This document shows positions 57,960 through 64,000 of a DNA stretch of 64,000 nucleotides, piece after piece. The position numbers and the translations under genes were made by a program. The notes beneath the pieces are model-generated. The model ran no database searches. It was not told where the DNA came from and saw only the letters and a program-made list of their open reading frames with translations. How positions within the stretch are numbered: position 1 is the first letter of the stretch; each line of letters begins with the position of its first letter. The stretch is from Sminthopsis crassicaudata. Taxonomy: Eukaryota. Location: positions 478,051,886 through 478,115,885 of the forward strand of contig NC_133620.1 in assembly GCF_048593235.1 (NCBI RefSeq). Direction: 5' to 3'.

Positions 57960-58550
57960 TGCTTCATCTTAAGGTGAGGGGGCCTTGATGTAATGTAGCT
58001 TTTAGGGGAGATAGCAATAATTTGAAGGTCTCCTAACTTTAGGGGCCTTCTGTTCTAACAATCTGTCAGTGATTCTAAATCTTCAGACTTTGGAATATGT
58101 GAACCCGAGGCAGTTAGGGTTAGGGTTCCGGTTGCTATAGTTCTATCGATGATTGTAAAAGTCTTCTGGCCTAGGAATATTATAAAATTTCTTCCCTTAA
58201 ACTTTAGGAGAGATATATTAGTGATCCTGAGACTCTCTAACCTTTGGATGCTATTGTCCGAACAATTTTGTCTGTCCGTGATTCTAAAGTCTTCTGGCTT
58301 TAGGAGAGTCCTAGTTCTGCTGGTCAGTGCTAACCAAATCCCTGAAACCACTCCTCAGTTCTATCCCTAGGCCATAAAATTAGCATATCAGTGGCTTGAA
58401 CTGGATAAAGGTGTCCCTTGTTCCAGGTTCCTTGCTAAATTCTCTTGGACTTTAGCCCACTTCAATCGGTGATATAATTACAATAAACTTTGCCCTTTGA
58501 CTTGGATATGGGTTCAAGCCTGCAAATTCTTTTGAGACACCTCAATACTA
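57960..58550. mobile_element. LTR-like element (tentative)
   Basis: TGTAA start, internal short repeats, aataaa-like signal near the end; family not identified. Confidence 0.35.
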
Positions 58551-58964
58551 GTCTGTGGCTACAACCTTTTGAGGTCCCTTCCCAACCTCAACTGCTTCAT
58601 GCCTCTCAGGCTCCGTTCAGATTCCTACAGATAATCCCACAGAATGTTCTTAGAAATGTGAGATAACATTTATACTAGGGCAGTTTTAGGTAAGATTTAT
58701 AAACTATGCTGTAATTGATAGCAATTGATGAACTCAGCAGGTAGATGGTACAGTGGGTAGAATGCTAAATCAGGAAGATCTCAGTTCAAATCTCACTCCA
58801 GATACGGTTTCCACTTCTGTTTGCTTAAGTTTCCTTATCCTTAAAATGTGAATAATACTATCTCTCAGAGTTATTGAAAGGTTCAAATGAGATATTATTT
58901 ATAGTGTTTTGAAAACCTTAAAATGCTATATAAGTAAACTATGAGTATGATAATGATGAGTCAG

Positions 58965-59735
58965 AGTAGCAATTCCTAGTTTGAAATAAACGTGACGAAT
59001 TTACAATGGCCATTCTCTTTGGCAAAAGGTAGGTTTATTTAGGGGAAGTGTTTATGGACAAAAGAGATGATAAAAATATATATCAGCACTGACATATATA
59101 AAATACAGTTGGGAGAACAATTGGGTTATCATTATCAAGGAAAGGAGTTCAGAAGAATCCATTAGAGGATTAGACATGAGGCCTTAGTATGCATTGACTG
59201 GCAGGTTAGAGCCATAGAAGAGTTTAGCAGACTAACTACCATTAGCTACAATATGGAGAAAGGCCCCATTAAAGGGAAAACACTCTGAGGGACAGCATGA
59301 GAATCTCATAGTGGGCTTAGTCCTAAAAAGAACTTAGAAAAGAACTTCCTCATGAGCAGATCTTTTATAGGGGAAATACAGCCTGGGGGGTTTCAGGACC
59401 TGGGAAGAATTTGATAGTTCAAAAGGAGGGGTCAAGGAAGAATCAGATGGAATGCCTGGAAGACTGGATGCCAGATCTGCCTAGAGATGGGCTAATCAGT
59501 ACTTGTCCCGGGTTGTTTAAAGATACCCAGAGGTTGAAGATGAGACTATAGAGGATGAAAATAGTCTGAAAATAGGTGGGTGGGTTTCTTTCTGACAAGG
59601 GAAGAGCCTAAGTCTACAGTGAATGTCCAAATAAATGCTCTTGCTTGATTTGGAGATATTTTGAGCCTAAATTCTTTCAGAGATGACATTTAACCCACAA
59701 CCTGGTATCCCAACTTTTTGGATACCCCAACAGTA
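58965..59735 (-). mobile_element. Solo-LTR-like element (tentative)
   Basis: Minus-strand AATAAA (plus tttatt ~59035), ctttta tagg TATA-like, ends ...ccccaaca. Confidence 0.4.
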
Positions 59736-60239
59736 TGACACTGATTTAAGTGTAAAAAACTAGTAATGAATAGAAAATTTAGGGGAGGGAGAGCCCCCCA
59801 AAAGAGAACTTGAAATGAAGTGCCCCTTCCCCTTCCAATGTTTTCTCTAGTTGTAACCTTAGAGTAATAAGGATCCTAGGGAGATATCACTTGACCAAGA
59901 ACCTAGAGGGAGCCCCAGTCACCTCTTAGCATGATTGAGGCTAAGCTCATCCAGGGTCCACATCTTGAAGACTTGAAGACTTATGAAAGCTTCTTGGGCA
60001 AACCTTACCTTGTAGAGGATGTAACAGAGACCCAAGATGAGTTTGTGTCCAAGTTAGGCAGAGGTGTTGGGGAAGGAAATGGCTTTTCTGGAGTAGGGCC
60101 CCCAAGTCTCAAGACTCAGGAAGGGCTGTGGAGTAGGGAGAAAGACCTCCTGTTTTTCCAGGTCTCAAGCTGTCCCTCTGTTTCCATCACTCATCACTCC
60201 TAGAAAAGCTTAAGCATTTTGGGAGGACAAACTTTTTTG

Positions 60240-60890
60240 CTTTTTTTTTTTTTTTTTAAATTAAAGCTTTTTATTTACAAAACATATACACAGGTAATTT
60301 TTCAACATTAACCCTTTCAAAACCTTCTGTTCTAAATTATCCCTTCCTCCCCCCCATTCTCTCCCCTAGATGGCAGGTAATCCAAAACACATTAAATATG
60401 TTAAAATATATGTTAAATCCAATAAATGTATACATATGTATGTATGTATGTATAGTTATCTTGCTGCACAAGAAAAATCTGATCAAGAAGGAAAAAAAAC
60501 TGAGAGAGAAAACAAAATGCAAGCAAACAAAAGAAAGAGTGAAAATGCTATGTTGTGACCCACACTCAGTTCCCGCAGTCCTCTCTCTGGGTGTAGATGG
60601 CTCTCTTCACAAGATTATTGGAACTGATCTGAATCATATTGTTGAAAAAACCACATCCATCAGAATTGATCATTGTATAATTTTATTGCTGCCATGTACA
60701 ATGATCTCCTGGTTCTGCTCATTTCATTCAGCATCAGTTCATGTAAGTCTCTTCAGGTTTCTCTGAAATCATCCTGCTGATCATTTCTTATAGAATAAAT
60801 TTCATAACATTTATATATCATAACATATTCAGCCATTCCCCAAGTGATGGGTATTCACTCAGTTTCCAGTTTCTTTTCACTACAAAAAGG
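60240..60890 (-). mobile_element. Marsupial L1 3' end
   Basis: tttttttaaattaaagctttttatttacaaaacatatac...ctgggtgtagatggctc...cattcagccattccccaagtgatggg. Confidence 0.9.
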
Positions 60891-62309
60891 GCTGTTTTTT
60901 CCCCAAGGCTTCAAACCCTCAGTACAGAGTATTGTCATCATTGTGAATTTGATGAGTATGAGATGCCAATTTAGAGGTGGTTGGGTAAGAATTTCTTTTA
61001 TTTGTTAACAGTGATTTGCATTTTATTCTTCAGGAAGTGCTTGTTTAACAACTTCTTTATTAGAATATGAGTTTTAGTTATACACATAGATATGCCCAAT
61101 CCCTATAAATCTTCTGAGATAACCATTATGAGGGATTCCCCCATTCACTTATTCTAGTTCCAATGGCATCCTTTATATAAATTTAAAAACTTTTAAGTGT
61201 CTGGATCCTACCACTGGGGGCAGCCAGGGGCTTACCATTCCTGGACATGGCCAACTGTGTTCTTGAGAAGAAGAGGTTCTAACTACATTAAAAGCCAGAG
61301 GAGTGGGAAAAAGAAGACAGCTTTATTGCCAATCAGTTGCATATTCAGGAACTCCTCTCCTTGCCTTTCCACCTGCCTCCTTTTTTATACCCTATGGCTC
61401 TCAAAATTGTCTAATTTCTGTGATCCTATCATAGGTTTAGTCACAAAGTCTTCCACTTTTCATAATTCCTTCCTTGCACTTATAATCTGAATTTTTAGAT
61501 GTAAATCATATATGCATTTGGAGTTTGTGGTAGAAGGCAGTGGTCTTATTCTAATTTCTGCCAGATTATTGTCTAATTTTCTTAGTAGTTTTTGTAAGTC
61601 TTTTACCAATTGGGATATTTGGATTTATCAAACACTGTTTTCATTTTTTCCCCCCACTTGTTGTGCATTTAATTTATTCTATTGCTCAATACTGTTTATT
61701 AACTAGCTTCAAATTAATTTAGTGATTACTACTCTGTAATATAATTAGATAACTGGTACTTATAGAGCTGTTCCCTTCCTTCCCACTATTTTTTTCATCA
61801 TTACATTTGAGATTCTTCCCTTTTGTTCATGTAATCAGAAATATATTTTCTTAGTGGTGATGTTATTGAGTTTTTAAAAATTCAAGTGATGATTATGATG
61901 CAAATCCAGACTGAGGCTCTGGTTCCGGATCCAGTGCTTTTCCTCTCTTCCTCCTCTTCCCCCCAAACTCTACATTTTGTCCAACCACTTACTTTGAGTT
62001 GTGAATTATTTCATTTACATTTGAGTATATTAGCCTCTGTTTCTAATTTAGTTTCTGAGCTACATGGGTCAGTTGGTGAAACTAAATAATTTTTCTTTTT
62101 AAATTTTAATTATTAAAATTACTAGAATATTAGTTCTAGTTAACACTACTTAACTCACATATACTACTCCTACTTGACTCACCATCATCTCCAAAGCCCC
62201 ATCTCTCACACACAGTAAAATTATTTTAGATTTAAAAACAGAAGAAAAAAAAAAGACTAAGGAGTTTTTAAAAATTCTCCAATATATTATTAAAAAAAAT
62301 TTAATACAT

Positions 62310-63070
62310 ATTGTGAAGACCAAGTTAGCTCCCTGGATACCTTAGAATTAGCTGGAGTCAGGATAAGCAAAAGTCCTTGGTCTTTATTCTTGGTCTTTAG
62401 GGGTAGGAGTGAATTTGATGGACACAATCTCCATGACTTCTCTTCGTCTCCCACCCCAGAAGTGACTCTGGCTAATCTTACTCCATCCCCTAGTCCCTCC
62501 TACAATTCTCTGTATACACCAATTATCAAGCCAGCACAGAATAGTGGGAAGTGTCATTTTCCAAGCATATGCTTATCGAGTATTGTCCAATTAGTAATTA
62601 GCCTTAAGTGCTTAGTTGTCCAACCTCAGTGCATTAACTCAAAAATTTCAGCCCTTTGCATCTCCCGCTTTCTTTTGTTTTAGAACACAAGTGGTCACAC
62701 CATTCCTGACTTTTCAGGGAGGTGAGAACCCCAAAAAGAGATGATCATGCTCTCTCTAATTTTTCAGGAAAGGAGGTGAAAACACTAAAAAGGAGATGAT
62801 CATGCTCTCCCTGACATCTCAGGAAGGTAGATGAAAAGCACCAAAGGGAAGTGGGGATTGCTAGTGGATTTCTGTGCTGAAGGATCTTATTAGAGACAGG
62901 AATGCACAAACCCATCAGCATGGGAAGTATTACACAAGCACATAACAATAATGCACAGGCTGTTATTGATGACTTTCCCCACAGCAGGCTCAATGGGGTG
63001 TAACAAACATGAATTGTACATGCAAGTAGTGATATAAAAAACAACATAAATCAACATGGTTTTGTAAAAG
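62310..63070 (-). mobile_element. Solo-LTR-like element with an internal ~50-bp duplication (tentative)
   Basis: gtgaagacc start, tctttatt, atgatcatgctctc repeated at 62741 and 62797. Confidence 0.45.
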
Positions 63071-63234
63071 ATTTCCAGAAGTCCTAGAAGGAGAGTATGT
63101 AAACATCAGTCACACATATGCCTTCTTCTACAGCCAAGAGACAGTCCAAAACCAATCTATTTTCCATTGCTTCACATTCCAGGAAATCCAATGATCCCTG
63201 TAAGTTTTTGAAGTCCCTCAACAGTATGGACATG

Positions 63235-63415
63235 TATACATATATTGTATTTAACTTATACTTTAACATATTTAACATGTATTGGTCAACCTGTCATCTT
63301 GGGAAAGGGGTGGGAGGAAGGAGGAGAAAAGTTGGAATAAAAGGTTTTGCAATTGTCAATGCTGAAAAATTACCGATGCATATAACTTGTAAATAAAAAC
63401 CTATAATAAAAAAAT
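63235..63415 (+). mobile_element. Marsupial L1 3' tail
   Basis: ggggtgggaggaaggaggagaaaagttggaataaaaggttttgcaattgtcaatgctgaaaaatta...aataaaaaaa. Confidence 0.8.
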
Positions 63416-63594
63416 GTTTTGGGGTCATTTTTATGATCCTTATGTTCATAAGCAAGATTTCTTAACTTTTTTGTGTCATGGACCTCTGGAAATCAGGCAA
63501 AATGTTTCTCAGAATGAAGTTTATAAAATATATAAAATAAAATGTTGGGTTACAAAGGAAAAAAAATCTTTGGGCAGAGTTTTGAATTCTCCTC

Positions 63595-64000
63595 CAGAAT
63601 GGTTGATCAATTCACAATCTCAACATCTATGCATTGGTATGCCAATTTTCCCACATCCCCTCTATCATTTCCCCTTCTTGTCATATTGGCTGATCTGATA
63701 TGAGGTCAGTTGTTTTAATGTACATTTCTCTAATCAATAGTGACTTATAGCATTTTTTTCCATATAACTATAGCTTTAATTTCTTAATCTGAAAACTGCC
63801 TGTTCATATCCTTTGACCATTTTTAAATTAGGAAATGACTTGTATTCTTAAATTTTGACTCAGTTCTTTATTTGAAAAATGAAGCTTTTATCAAAAACTT
63901 GCTGTAAAAATTTCCCTCCAGTTTTGTCTTCTAATTTTGGTTGATTTTGTTGGTGCAAAATCTTACGTAACCAAAATGATTTTACTTTTTTTTTTTTTTG
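63595..64000 (-). mobile_element. Old L1 ORF2 C-terminal fragment
   Basis: ccaattttcccacatcccctct...tacatttctctaatcaatagtgac...actgcctgttcatatcctttgaccatttt. Confidence 0.8.

Noticed and set aside
58113-58126. TTAGGG repeats (also near 50140 and CCCTAA near 12225)
   Set aside because: Only about two units each; not an interstitial telomeric array

Overview
Vertebrate genomic DNA, most likely an Australian marsupial (possibly a dasyurid), judged from WSINE1-like and MAR1-like SINEs and marsupial-type L1 3' ends recognised from memory. The window is the orthologue of the human 21q22.3 block. It holds the first four coding exons of TRPM2 (minus), a complete 7-exon CFAP410/C21orf2 (plus) and a complete 22-exon PFKL (minus), all with canonical GT-AG splice sites and a consistent frame. 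Between the 3' ends of CFAP410 and PFKL, where human has no protein-coding gene, lies an intact 3-exon gamma-crystallin gene (175 aa) with a TATA box, a near-consensus Maf element and a polyA signal. This is the most interesting feature. Also notable: three GC-rich minisatellites, a duplicated perfect DR1 element, a ~275-bp near-palindrome, an L1 relic shifted toward GC, and an abrupt GC-to-AT transition upstream of PFKL with no AIRE exons in 13 kb. Repeat family names come from pattern recognition only; no database search was run.
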